From contig CAWBPD010000026.1 in the NCBI GenBank assembly GCA_963790575.1, positions 264,411 through 328,410 of the forward strand: a DNA stretch of 64,000 nt, read 5' to 3'. The DNA comes from Candidatus Dormiibacterota bacterium (GTDB taxonomy: Bacteria; Chloroflexota; Dormibacteria; Dormibacterales; Dormibacteraceae). This document shows positions 26,778-35,606 of this stretch, one piece after another; within the stretch, counting starts at the first letter, position 1, and every line of letters starts with the position of its first letter. The position numbers were made by a program, and so were the translations under genes. Below the pieces are notes generated by a model. It searched no databases. It was given only the letters and a program-made list of their open reading frames with translations, and was not told where the DNA came from.

Positions 26778-27351
26778 CGCGGACCGAGGAGGCTCGCCCG
26801 GACTCGTGAGCCCGGCGCCAGTCGTCGCGCGTGAGGTCGAAGAGGTGCTCGTCGATGTACCGGCCGCCCTTCACGTCGTGCCACTTGCGCGCGCCCGCCC
26901 TCCGGTATCCCTGCTTCAGCAGCGCCGCCGCTGAGCGGGTGTTGGTCTCTGCCACCTCGGAGCGAAGGACGTGGAGGCCGATGCGATCGAAGCAGTACCC
27001 CAGCAGCAGGTGCTTGGCTTCGGTGCCGTACCCCTGGCCGCGGATCCCGGCCGGGCCCAGCCAGCTGAACGTCTCTCCGGTCCGGTGCAGCCAGTCGATG
27101 CTGTCCACACCCACCATGCCCAGCAGGGTGTCATCCTCGCGACGGCAGACCGCGAAGGCGATCTCGTGCGGCGGTCGCACTTTGTAGGCACCCTGAGTCC
27201 GGGCGAGATGATCGAGCGGGCTGGTGGGGAAGCGCTCGCGGTACATGAACGTGTCTTCCTCGACCGCGTCCAGCCGGGCCAAGAGCTCGGCGTCGGAGGT
27301 CTCCACCGCGCGCAGGTAGATCCGCTCGGCGACCAGGACCGGGTTACGCAT
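26770..27351 (-). CDS. GNAT-family N-acetyltransferase (RimJ/RimL-like), copy 2. It is a tandem paralog of copy 1.
   Basis: 193 aa, about 70% identical to copy 1. It overlaps copy 1 by 8 nt. Confidence 0.8.
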   Translation of the reverse strand: MRNPVLVAERIYLRAVETSDAELLARLDAVEEDTFMYRERFPTSPLDHLARTQGAYKVRPPHEIAFAVCRREDDTLLGMVGVDSIDWLHRTGETFSWLGPAGIRGQGYGTEAKHLLLGYCFDRIGLHVLRSEVAETNTRSAAALLKQGYRRAGARKWHDVKGGRYIDEHLFDLTRDDWRRAHESGRASSVRDA

Positions 27352-27886
27352 CGCGCACCACCCAGTTCGGGTTCAAAGCCTCGTAGACGAGGGCGTCGAC
27401 GCGGCCACCGGGCCGCAGGAACCACTCCCGCAGCGTCGCGTGCTGCTGCATCCCGATCTCTTCCGCTGCCCGCACCGTCTCCACCTGGTCGGCGGGAAGC
27501 GTCACACCCACCACCATCGCCTCCCACTCGTCGCGGAGCCAGCGGACCGCGATCCGGAGCGCCGCGGCACGCAGCGAATCCTGGTCCGGTTCCCAGCCGG
27601 CCATCGAGAACTCGAGACGGCACCGCCGCACCTCCGAGCCCCAGGAGACCCGGATCCCGCCCACCACCGTGTCGCCCTCCGCTCGCACGATGATCAGGCG
27701 CAGGTTGGGACGCTCCCAGAAGGGCGCCTTGTGCTCGTCCTTGAGGACCGCCTCCGCCGCCGGGGCGTTGGTGGGGAAGGTCGCGTCGAGCCAGGCCGCC
27801 GCGTGCTCCTTGTCGCTCTCGACCGGCGCGCGCAAGTAGACCATGGGGCCGCTCAGGTAGATCGCGCGCAGGCTGGATGGTTCCAC
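27344..27886 (-). CDS. GNAT-family acetyltransferase, a third and more divergent copy.
   Basis: 180 aa (...TVVGGIRVSWGSEVRRCRLEFSMAGWEPDQDSLRAAALRIAVRWL). It overlaps copy 2 by 8 nt. Confidence 0.65.
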   Translation of the reverse strand: MEPSSLRAIYLSGPMVYLRAPVESDKEHAAAWLDATFPTNAPAAEAVLKDEHKAPFWERPNLRLIIVRAEGDTVVGGIRVSWGSEVRRCRLEFSMAGWEPDQDSLRAAALRIAVRWLRDEWEAMVVGVTLPADQVETVRAAEEIGMQQHATLREWFLRPGGRVDALVYEALNPNWVVRDA

Positions 27887-27983
27887 GGCGTCGCAGCGTA
27901 GGCCTCACGCGCGCGCCGTGGCGGGGACATCCGAACGCCGTCTTCCCCGATCATTTCGAACAGGCGTTTGGTATGATGTAAGC

Positions 27984-28379
27984 ATGCGGACCCTGATGAC
28001 GCAGATGCGGGTACTGCGGCTGGTGCGGCTGCACGCCGCCGAACTGGCACGTCTGCGGGACCGGCCGTTCGACCGTACACCGCGTGAGGCGGCGGTCCGC
28101 AAGCTGCTGGAGCAGGCCCGCAACATCCGCCGCGGCTGGGCCGCCGAGCTGGCCGCGGAGGGACCGACGGCGCCGGGTCCCGCCGTGGAGCGCCAGGTCG
28201 TGCGCCGGATCGTCGCGCTGGAGGCCGCGATCGCGCTGCTGGCGCAGCCGAGCGTGGATGTGGACCGCGCCCGCGCCGAGTTCGAGGACGCCGCGCTGCC
28301 GCTGCTGCTGATGCTGCGCGGCCTGGACGGCTTCTCCGAACCGGCCCTCCTCGGCACCGGTCTCGCCCGCAGCGCCTAG
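27984..28379 (+). CDS. Hypothetical alpha-helical protein.
   Basis: This is the internal Met start of ORF 27918..28379 (MRTLMTQMRVLRLVRLHAAELARLRDRPFDRTPREAAVRKLLEQARNIRRGWAAELAA...). No known domain was found. Confidence 0.35.
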   Translation: MRTLMTQMRVLRLVRLHAAELARLRDRPFDRTPREAAVRKLLEQARNIRRGWAAELAAEGPTAPGPAVERQVVRRIVALEAAIALLAQPSVDVDRARAEFEDAALPLLLMLRGLDGFSEPALLGTGLARSA

Positions 28380-29404
28380 GCGGCGCCGTTCGACTCGTCC
28401 CGCCGCGCCCAGTCGAGCAGCGGCGAGATGTCGAACGCCGCTTCGTCGATCCCGCGGTGGAGGTCGCCGAGCGCGGCCACCCGGGCCGGCATGGTCGCGA
28501 TCGTGAAGTCGTCGGGCGCGATATCGTCGATCTCTTCCCAGCGAACCGGCGACGACACCGTGGCCCGCGGGTTGCCGCGAACGGAGTAGGCGGCCGCCAT
28601 GGTGTGATCGCGCGCGTTCTGGTTGTAGTCCAGGAACAGCTTGCGCGGGTCGCGATCCCGACGCCACCAGCTGGTCGTGACCGCGGCCGGGGCCCGCCGC
28701 TCGACCTCCCGAGCGAAGGCGAGCGCGGCGCGCCGCACGTCCGCGAAGGGGTACTCGGGCCGGATGCGCACGTAGACGTGCATCCCGTTGCCACCCGACG
28801 TTTTGGGCCAGCCCCTGGCGCCAAGCTCGAGCAGGACCTGGTGGACCACGTGGGCGGCGCGCCGCACGGTTGCGAACGTACATTCGGGCATCGGGTCGAG
28901 ATCGATGCGCCACTCGTCGGGTCGCTCGGTGTCGGCCCGGCGAACGTTCCAGGGGTGGAACTCGATGGTCGACATCTGGACCGCCCAGAGGACAGCCGCG
29001 GGCTCGGTGACGCAGAGCTCGTCGGCGGTGCGGCCGAAGCGCGGAAACCGGATCTGGACCGTCTCGACCCAGGGGGGCGCGCCCGCCGGCAGTCGCTTCT
29101 GGTGGACCTTGTCGCCGCCGGTCCCGGCCGGATACCGGTGCAGCATGGTCGGCCGCTCGAACAGCGCCCGCGTGATCTCGCCGGCGACGCTCAGGTAGTA
29201 GCGCGCCAGATCCAGCTTGGTTTCGCCGCGATCGGCGAAGTAGACGCGATCGGGATTGGTGAGCCGGATCGTGCGCGTGCCCACCGCCAGCTCGACCGAC
29301 GGAACGGAGCCCGCCATGCCCACGAGGCTACCCGCGGCGCCGAAGCGTACCAGTGTCCGCAGTAGAACGCCAAACCCTGCCGGTTGACGTCCGAGTGCGG
29401 ACAC
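28376..29404 (-). CDS. LigD-type NHEJ primase-polymerase domain protein (standalone PolDom). The start is uncertain and may be 29404 or about 29317.
   Basis: TIRLTNPDRVYFADRGETKLDLARYYLSVAGEI...IEFHPWN...KTSGGNGMHVYVRI match LigD polymerase (AEP primase) domain motifs. No ligase or Ku gene lies adjacent in this window. Confidence 0.8.
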   Translation of the reverse strand: MSALGRQPAGFGVLLRTLVRFGAAGSLVGMAGSVPSVELAVGTRTIRLTNPDRVYFADRGETKLDLARYYLSVAGEITRALFERPTMLHRYPAGTGGDKVHQKRLPAGAPPWVETVQIRFPRFGRTADELCVTEPAAVLWAVQMSTIEFHPWNVRRADTERPDEWRIDLDPMPECTFATVRRAAHVVHQVLLELGARGWPKTSGGNGMHVYVRIRPEYPFADVRRAALAFAREVERRAPAAVTTSWWRRDRDPRKLFLDYNQNARDHTMAAAYSVRGNPRATVSSPVRWEEIDDIAPDDFTIATMPARVAALGDLHRGIDEAAFDISPLLDWARRDESNGAA

Positions 29405-29424
29405 TCGGCCCTCTTTCGATGGCT

Positions 29425-29456
29425 ATGCTATCGTAAAGGGTCATTATCGATAGCAT
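29425..29456. promoter_or_regulatory. AT-rich inverted repeat ATGCTATCG-N14-CGATAGCAT, lying between the divergent LigD-Pol and P-loop kinase genes.
   Basis: Perfect 9 bp arms sit in the only low-GC patch of this intergenic region (29405..29491). This is operator-like. Confidence 0.5.
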
Positions 29457-29491
29457 CATGTAGCCACGGACAACTGCTACCGTCCCTTCGA

Positions 29492-30028
29492 ATGCCTGAG
29501 CGCATCCTGCTGTACGGGGTCACGGGCTCCGGCAAGACGACGTACGCGGCCCGGCTGGCCGACCAGACGGCCCTGCCCTGGTACTCCGTCGACGACCTCA
29601 CCTGGGATCGGAACTGGGTGCCGGTCCCGCCGGAGGAACAACGAAGACGGATCGCTGAGATCTGCGGTCGCGAGCGGTGGATCCTCGACACCGCCTACGG
29701 CCAGTGGCTCGACATTCCGCTGGCTCGGGCCCAGCTGATCGTCGCGCTCGACTTTCCGCGCTGGGTGTCCCTCACTCGCCTGCTGCGGCGGACCGCGGCG
29801 CGCATCGTTGACCGCCGCCAGATCTGCAATGGCAATCGAGAAAGCCTGCGGACCGCGCTCTCGCGCGACTCCATCATCGTCTGGCACTTCCGTTCGTTCC
29901 CGCGCAAGCGGGCCCGGATCCGCGCCTGGTCAGCCGACCCCGGCGGCCCGGAGGTGGCACGCTTCACCTCGCCGCGGAGGCTCGAGGGGTGGCTCGACGC
30001 GATCGCCCCTACGCTTCCGGCGGAGTAG
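29492..30028 (+). CDS. P-loop NTPase of the adenylate-kinase-like / topology-modulation (FlaR-like) family.
   Basis: The Walker A motif is MPERILLYGVTGSGKTTYAARLA, and a Walker B-like ILDTAYG is present. The start was chosen at the internal Met. Confidence 0.65.
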   Translation: MPERILLYGVTGSGKTTYAARLADQTALPWYSVDDLTWDRNWVPVPPEEQRRRIAEICGRERWILDTAYGQWLDIPLARAQLIVALDFPRWVSLTRLLRRTAARIVDRRQICNGNRESLRTALSRDSIIVWHFRSFPRKRARIRAWSADPGGPEVARFTSPRRLEGWLDAIAPTLPAE

Positions 30029-30305
30029 CGGGCACCTCGAAACCCCGGCGCGTAGAACTGTGTGGTCCCGGGCAGGGACTCTGGGGCGGCCTGGGCACCC
30101 ACCGTCGAACAGAGGATGCCCACGACCCGATCGCCGTCGCGCCCGCGACCCATCGCGTGATCCGCGCCCCCATCATGGTCGATCTCCTCGCATGTGCCCG
30201 GCGCCCTACCACGGAGCTGATCCCCGCACGGGTACTTCTTTCGCGCGCCCTCCGTCAAGCTCCCGGACGCCGCTCCCCTCCCCTCTCGGGAACGCTCGCG
30301 TGCGG

Positions 30306-31130
30306 TCAAACCGGCACCAGCAGCCGGCCGCAGTTGTCGCAGGTGAGCAGCGCGCCGTGCCGCAGCGCCTGGCGGCCGCTCGAGGTGACCGCCACGTGGC
30401 AGGCCCCGCAAAGTCCGTCGCTCATCTCGGCCACGGCGTCGGCATGGTGGTCGTGGATCCGTTCGATGGCCCGCTGCCACTCAGGCGGTAGGTCTTCCCA
30501 GGTGGACCGGACCTCGGCCTCCACGCGCTCCAACTCCGCGTTCGCCGCCTCCAGCCGCTCTCGGAGTTGAGGCGAGGCGCCGGCGACTTCGGCACGCCGG
30601 TGCTCGAACGTCTCCTCCAGGGTTCGCATCTCCGCGTCCTGCCGGTCCACATCCTCGAGCAGGGCCAGCTCCCGGTCCTCGGCCTCCCCGAGCGCCTGCT
30701 GCAGGTGCTCCACCTCCTGGCGCAGCTTCATCAGGCCGGCCGGGCTCCCGATGTGCCCGCTCATCAGCTCGCGCTCCCGCGCCGCCGTCCGGGCGCGCCG
30801 GTCTTCCGTATCGCGATCCACCTCGCGCACCCGGCGCTCCAACTCTTGCTTGCGGGCCCGCGCCTCGTCGAGGCGGGCCCGCAGCCGCTCGGTCTCGCGG
30901 TCGCCGGCGACCTGGTGCTGGAGGCGGGCGATCTCAGTCCGCAATCGGATGGCGTGCTGAGCCGAATGCTCGTGCTGGAGCGCGGTTCCGTAGGTGGTCA
31001 CAACCTGGCCGCCACACTTTACGATGCGCGCGCCGACCCCGCTTCCGCCGCCGTGCGTTGTGCGGTTGGAGATGCTCGAGCTGAGATCTACGACCCGACC
31101 GGGACCCAGGAGGGGTAGGGTCTCGGTCAT
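30306..31130 (-). CDS. COG1579-type zinc-ribbon protein with a long coiled coil and a C-terminal C4 ribbon. The N-terminal start is uncertain.
   Basis: A coiled coil (RLRARLDEARARKQELERRVREVDRDTEDRRARTAARERE...) is followed by LPPEWQRAIERI...DGLCGACHVAVTSSGRQALRHGALLTCDNCGRLLVPV. The same architecture is seen in COG1579 proteins. Confidence 0.7.
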   Translation of the reverse strand: MTETLPLLGPGRVVDLSSSISNRTTHGGGSGVGARIVKCGGQVVTTYGTALQHEHSAQHAIRLRTEIARLQHQVAGDRETERLRARLDEARARKQELERRVREVDRDTEDRRARTAARERELMSGHIGSPAGLMKLRQEVEHLQQALGEAEDRELALLEDVDRQDAEMRTLEETFEHRRAEVAGASPQLRERLEAANAELERVEAEVRSTWEDLPPEWQRAIERIHDHHADAVAEMSDGLCGACHVAVTSSGRQALRHGALLTCDNCGRLLVPV

Positions 31131-31389
31131 GGCTTCCTGGCCCGAGGACGAAGCGGGATCGGCCCAATCGCCGGTTGGCCTTCAGGGTGTGATGGTGACC
31201 GCGTCCCGGGGTGGGGAGGGCCCCGGGGAGGTCGAGATCGAGATCCGCGGCGGGTCCGAGGTCTTCATCGCCCGGTCCGCGCAGCCCGTCGGCAAGGGCG
31301 TTTCCGTTCTCTGCGTCCAGAGCCTGGGGCCCCGCACGGTGTTCGTCGCGCCCTGGGATGAGCCCGAGCCCGCTCTCGGCACGACCTAA
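31129..31389 (+). CDS. NfeD-like OB-fold domain protein (short, with no transmembrane segment).
   Basis: About 87 aa (MASWPEDEAGSAQSPVGLQGVMVTASRGGEGPGEVEIEIRGGSEVFIARSAQPVGKGVSVLCVQSLGPRTVFVAPW). This resembles the C-terminal beta-barrel of NfeD/YuaF proteins that partner with SPFH proteins. Its ATG overlaps the ATG of the divergent COG1579 ORF, so one of the two starts is probably wrong. Confidence 0.5.
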   Translation: MASWPEDEAGSAQSPVGLQGVMVTASRGGEGPGEVEIEIRGGSEVFIARSAQPVGKGVSVLCVQSLGPRTVFVAPWDEPEPALGTT

Positions 31390-31403
31390 AGGAGAAGTTT
31401 GTA

Positions 31404-32597
31404 ATGCTCGGCTATCGCGTTCCGCCGCCCGACCAGGCGATGTTGGTCTCCGGAGGGCGCGGCTCGGGCGCCATGCCGTTCCGCGTGGTGACCGGGCACG
31501 GCGCCTTTGTGCTGCCGTTCTTCCGAAAGGTGCGATTCCTGACGCTATCCATGTTCGAGGCCGAGGTGGACGAGCCCTGCGTCACCCGGCAGGGCATCGC
31601 GCTGATAGTCAAGGCCGTGATCGCGTCAAAGGTGGGGAACGACCAGGCCAGCATCGTCAACGCCGCCCAACGGTTCCTGTCCGATCAGAGTCAGATGCCG
31701 ACGCTGACCGGTCGCATCTTCGCCGGGCACCTGCGCTCCATCATCGGATCGATGACGGTGGAAGAGATCATCACTCAGCGGCAGGCACTGGCTACCCAGG
31801 TGCTCGACGCCTCCAAGGAAGAGATGGCGCGCATGGGTCTGATCGTCGACGCCCTCCAGATCCAGTCCATCGACGACGGCAACCTCGGCTACATCCGGGC
31901 CTTCGCGGCGCCCCACAACGCCGCCATCCAGCAGGCGGCGCAGATCGCCCAGGCGCAGGCGGCGCAGAACGCGGCCAAGGCGCAGCAGGAGTCGCTGCGG
32001 CAGCAGGCGCAGTACGAGCGCGACACCGCGATCGCGCGGGCCGGGTTCCAGGCTGAGACCCAGAGCGCCCAGCAGAAGGCGGCGCAGGCGGGACCCCTGG
32101 CTCAGGCGCAGGCTCAGCAGGACGTGATCCGGGAGCAGACGGCCCTCGCCCAGCGGCAGGCGGAGCTTCGCCAGCAACAGCTGGTGGCAGAGGTCATCAA
32201 GCCCGCCCAGGCCGACGCCGAGAAGATCCAGATCATGGCCGAGGCCGAGGCCAACAGCACCGAGGTGAGGGCCGCGGCCGCCGCCTCCAGCAACCGGGTC
32301 ACCCTCGACCAGGCACTGATCCAACAGCTCCCGACGATCGTGGAGAAAGCCGCGCAGGGGCTGTCCCAATCGAACCTCACGGTGCTCAACGGCTCGGAGG
32401 GTCTGACCGACCTGGTGGCTTCGCTGGTGAGCCAGGGTCTGGCGGTCTACAAGTCGGTTCGCGACAACGTCGGCGGCGGGAGCGAGAGCGACAGCGTGGC
32501 GAACGGAACCGGTCCGGTGGCCAACCGCCCGCAGCTGCCCGAGCAGCCTCCGGCGGTGCAGCCGCCGCCTCGCGTGGCGCCCCCCGCGCGCAGGTAG
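31404..32597 (+). CDS. Flotillin-like SPFH/band-7 protein.
   Basis: An N-terminal membrane hairpin is followed by an SPFH domain (IVKAVIASKVGND...MTVEEIITQRQALATQVLDASKEEMARMGL). A long Ala/Gln-rich coiled coil and a C-terminal tail follow. Confidence 0.85.
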   Translation: MLGYRVPPPDQAMLVSGGRGSGAMPFRVVTGHGAFVLPFFRKVRFLTLSMFEAEVDEPCVTRQGIALIVKAVIASKVGNDQASIVNAAQRFLSDQSQMPTLTGRIFAGHLRSIIGSMTVEEIITQRQALATQVLDASKEEMARMGLIVDALQIQSIDDGNLGYIRAFAAPHNAAIQQAAQIAQAQAAQNAAKAQQESLRQQAQYERDTAIARAGFQAETQSAQQKAAQAGPLAQAQAQQDVIREQTALAQRQAELRQQQLVAEVIKPAQADAEKIQIMAEAEANSTEVRAAAAASSNRVTLDQALIQQLPTIVEKAAQGLSQSNLTVLNGSEGLTDLVASLVSQGLAVYKSVRDNVGGGSESDSVANGTGPVANRPQLPEQPPAVQPPPRVAPPARR

Positions 32598-32663
32598 AGC
32601 GGTTTCAGCGGGTGGCGGCGGCCGGACACCGCCGCCACCCTGCGAACGTCGAGGTCAGCAGCT

Positions 32664-34430
32664 CTAGGCTGTGGCCTTCATCGCCCACTGCTGGTCGTTC
32701 CAGGGCAGGCCATCGCTCGCGTCGGGCACGATGTTGGCGTACTTGGTCGACCACGCGTCGTAGTCGGGCTGCTGGAAGAGCGGCAGCGACACCATGTCCT
32801 TCCAGAGCAGAGCGTCCGCCTGATTCATGTACTTGGCCTCTTGGGTCAAGTTCGAGGAGTTGACGCCCTCCTGGAGCAGCTTGTCGACCTGCGGGTTCGC
32901 GTAGTGGTCATTGTTGGAGCCGCAGAGGTTGGGGTTGGTGTAGGAGCAGAAGATGGCCTGGGTCCCGGAAGCGAACGGGGACTGAACCCACTCGAACTCG
33001 TTGATGTCGAACTCCCCCTTCGGGATCACGGTCCCGAACAGGGTGCTGGCGGGGTAGTTCTGGATGTTGATCTTGATGCCCAGGTCCTTCATCTCAGACT
33101 GGAACAGCTCCTCGATCTGCGCCCGGACCGCGTTGTTCGAGGTGGAGCTGATGGTGAAGGTGAGGTCCTGACCCGCGAGGGGGCCGGAGCTGGGGTGAAG
33201 GTAGCCGTCCGACCCCATCGACATGCCCGCCTGCTGGAGCAGCTGCTTCGCCTTCGCGGGATCGTAGTTGCCATAGGAACCACTCGTGTTCTGGTACTGC
33301 GGCTGGGTCGACATGTAGATTCGGTTTTGGAGCGGCCGGACGCTGGAGTCGATCTCGTCGGCGGTCCGCTGGACGATCTCGTTGCGGTTGGTGCCGTACG
33401 CGATCGCATGCCGGATGTCGGGGTTCGAGAGGTAGTAGTTCGCCTCGTTGAAGTCGATGTGCTGGTATCCGAGCCCGGGCAGCACCCGGCTGGTGAAGTT
33501 GGAGATGCTCTTGATGGAGCCCATGAACGGGATGGTGGCGATGACGGGGTTCACGATCTGGACCTCGCCGTTCTGCGCCGCCGCCGGCTGCTGGCTGTCG
33601 TCGAGGATGAAGCGGAAGACGAGCTTGCCCAGCTTTGGTTTGGGACCCCAGTAGTGCGGGTTGGGGACCTCGACCAGGTCCTGACCCTTGCTGTAGCTCT
33701 GGATCATGTAGGGGCCGCCGGAGACCTGGGCCTCGGGGCCGAAGTTCGCGAAACCGGTGTTGAACCCAACCTTCTTCGCGATGTGCGCCGGGACCACGGG
33801 CCGGAACAGGTTCTGCCAGTCCGCGAACGGCGATGAGAAGACCACGGTGACGGTCTTGCCGTTGTTGGAGCCGGTCACCGACTTGATCGAGCTGTAACCC
33901 GTCGTGGTCGCAGGCTGGTAGGGCTGACCGCCCACGTCCGTGTACTTCGGGTCGCCGCTCTGCGCCTGCCAGTTGTAGATGAAGTCTGCGGCGTTGATGG
34001 GCACGCCGTCCGACCAGGTGGCCTTGGGGTTGATCTGATAGACGAGCGTCTGTGGATTGGTGCTGGTCATCTTGACGCTGGTCACGAAGTCGGTCTGGAG
34101 ATGTGGCTTGAGATCGGGATTGATGGTGTAGGCCTGCGGCCAGACGTGGGTCAGCATCTCGCCCAAGACCGCTTCATTCTCGGCTGCGTTCAGCACGTTG
34201 AAGCCGGCGACATCCTCATCCAGGGCGAACGTGAGGGTGGCGCCGCTCTTGGTGCCCGAGCCGCTCCCGTTGGTGGTACCGCAGGCCGCTATCAGCAACG
34301 CCGCCGCGATGGCGGCCCCTGCGCGCGCCGCCCAGGGTTTCGCCCCCAACCCGGGGGCCCGGCCTTTGGGCGCGGTCACCTCCCTTGCTCGCGCGAACAC
34401 GCGACGAAGACGCCAAACGATTCCGTGCAT
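32664..34430 (-). CDS. ABC transporter substrate-binding lipoprotein, family 5 (peptide/nickel type). It is an orphan.
   Basis: A lipobox is present (AALLIAACGTT). SBP_bac_5 motifs follow (TLTFALDEDVAGFNVL..., ...YTINPDLKPHLQTDFV...). No permease or ATPase genes are adjacent. Confidence 0.8.
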   Translation of the reverse strand: MHGIVWRLRRVFARAREVTAPKGRAPGLGAKPWAARAGAAIAAALLIAACGTTNGSGSGTKSGATLTFALDEDVAGFNVLNAAENEAVLGEMLTHVWPQAYTINPDLKPHLQTDFVTSVKMTSTNPQTLVYQINPKATWSDGVPINAADFIYNWQAQSGDPKYTDVGGQPYQPATTTGYSSIKSVTGSNNGKTVTVVFSSPFADWQNLFRPVVPAHIAKKVGFNTGFANFGPEAQVSGGPYMIQSYSKGQDLVEVPNPHYWGPKPKLGKLVFRFILDDSQQPAAAQNGEVQIVNPVIATIPFMGSIKSISNFTSRVLPGLGYQHIDFNEANYYLSNPDIRHAIAYGTNRNEIVQRTADEIDSSVRPLQNRIYMSTQPQYQNTSGSYGNYDPAKAKQLLQQAGMSMGSDGYLHPSSGPLAGQDLTFTISSTSNNAVRAQIEELFQSEMKDLGIKINIQNYPASTLFGTVIPKGEFDINEFEWVQSPFASGTQAIFCSYTNPNLCGSNNDHYANPQVDKLLQEGVNSSNLTQEAKYMNQADALLWKDMVSLPLFQQPDYDAWSTKYANIVPDASDGLPWNDQQWAMKATA

Positions 34431-34602
34431 GCTTTCTTGGCCCCCCAAAGGGAAGAGTTCTTCCGCCCGGCAGCGGGCCCGGGCCGGCCAGCACGCGGCC
34501 ACAGGGCACCTACCCCCGGTGTCATAGCACCGGCCATCGTAGACGCCAATCGCGCTGCGGTAAAGACTGACAGTCAGTGCCCGGCGCGGTGCGGGGCGCT
34601 GA

Positions 34603-35463
34603 CTACTCGATCAACGCTTCGGCCAGCGCCCTCCACTGGGTGACCGGAAATGCCTGCGGCGAGTCGGTGAGCACCTGGATGGTGACGTGCGAGGCGCCCG
34701 CCTCCAGGTGCGCTCGCACCCGCCGCGCGACCGCCGTCAGGTCGCCCCAGCCCACCAGGGCGTCGATCAGCCGGTCGCTACCCCGGTTCTCGAAGTCCCG
34801 GTCCTCGAAGCCAAGCCACCTGAAGCTGTTCAGATAGTTGGTCAGCTGGAAGTAGCGCTCGAGGTTGGCGCGAGCGGTCGCCCGCGCCCGGCCGGCATCA
34901 GTCTCCAGCACCACCCCCTGCTCCGGTGCCAGCAGCGCCTGGGGACCAAGGATCTCACGAGCCCGCGCCGTGTGCTCGGGCGTGGTCAGGTACGGGTGAG
35001 CACCCAGCGAGCGGTCGCGTGACAGGCGCAGCATCCCGGGCCGCAGCGCCGCCAGAGCCCGCCGCCCGGGCGGCACCGGGTGCGCGGCCCCATCGAGACC
35101 GTCGAGGTAACGGCGCATGGTCTCGAGCGGCGGCCCGTACTGCCCGGGCGCCAGGGCCTGCGGGTGCCCGACGCCGAGGCCGAGCAGGAAGCGCTCGGGA
35201 CCGGCAGCGTCGATCTCGTGGAAGACCTGCGCCGTGCGCTCGGGGTCGGTCTCGCGGTAGACGTTGAGGATCCCGGTCGCGACCCGCAGCGTGGTCGTGC
35301 CCGCGACCAGGGCGCGCACCCGCTCCAGCTGGCCCACCTCGCCGCTCGGCAGCCAGGCGGTGGTGAACCCGAGCGCCTCGACCTGCCTCGCCGCGTCGAC
35401 CGCCTCTTGCTCCGGCGAGTTGCGGAGGAGGCTGCTCCAGATCCCGAAGGTGCCGATATCCAT
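34603..35463 (-). CDS. LLM-class (luciferase-like) F420/flavin-dependent oxidoreductase.
   Basis: MDIGTFGIWSS...AARQVEALGFTTAWLPS... is typical of the LLM TIM-barrel family. The internal Met start is at 35463. Confidence 0.75.
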   Translation of the reverse strand: MDIGTFGIWSSLLRNSPEQEAVDAARQVEALGFTTAWLPSGEVGQLERVRALVAGTTTLRVATGILNVYRETDPERTAQVFHEIDAAGPERFLLGLGVGHPQALAPGQYGPPLETMRRYLDGLDGAAHPVPPGRRALAALRPGMLRLSRDRSLGAHPYLTTPEHTARAREILGPQALLAPEQGVVLETDAGRARATARANLERYFQLTNYLNSFRWLGFEDRDFENRGSDRLIDALVGWGDLTAVARRVRAHLEAGASHVTIQVLTDSPQAFPVTQWRALAEALIE

Positions 35464-35606
35464 GCCGGCTGGAACCCACCCCGCGCACACGGACATTCCG
35501 GCCCGTTTCCCGGCGGCGGGACCCAATTTCGCGCGCGAAGTGGGACGTTTCCTGGCAATGAGCGTCGCGCCCACGCGAAACTAGTCCCAAAGGAGGCTGC
35601 GAACGG

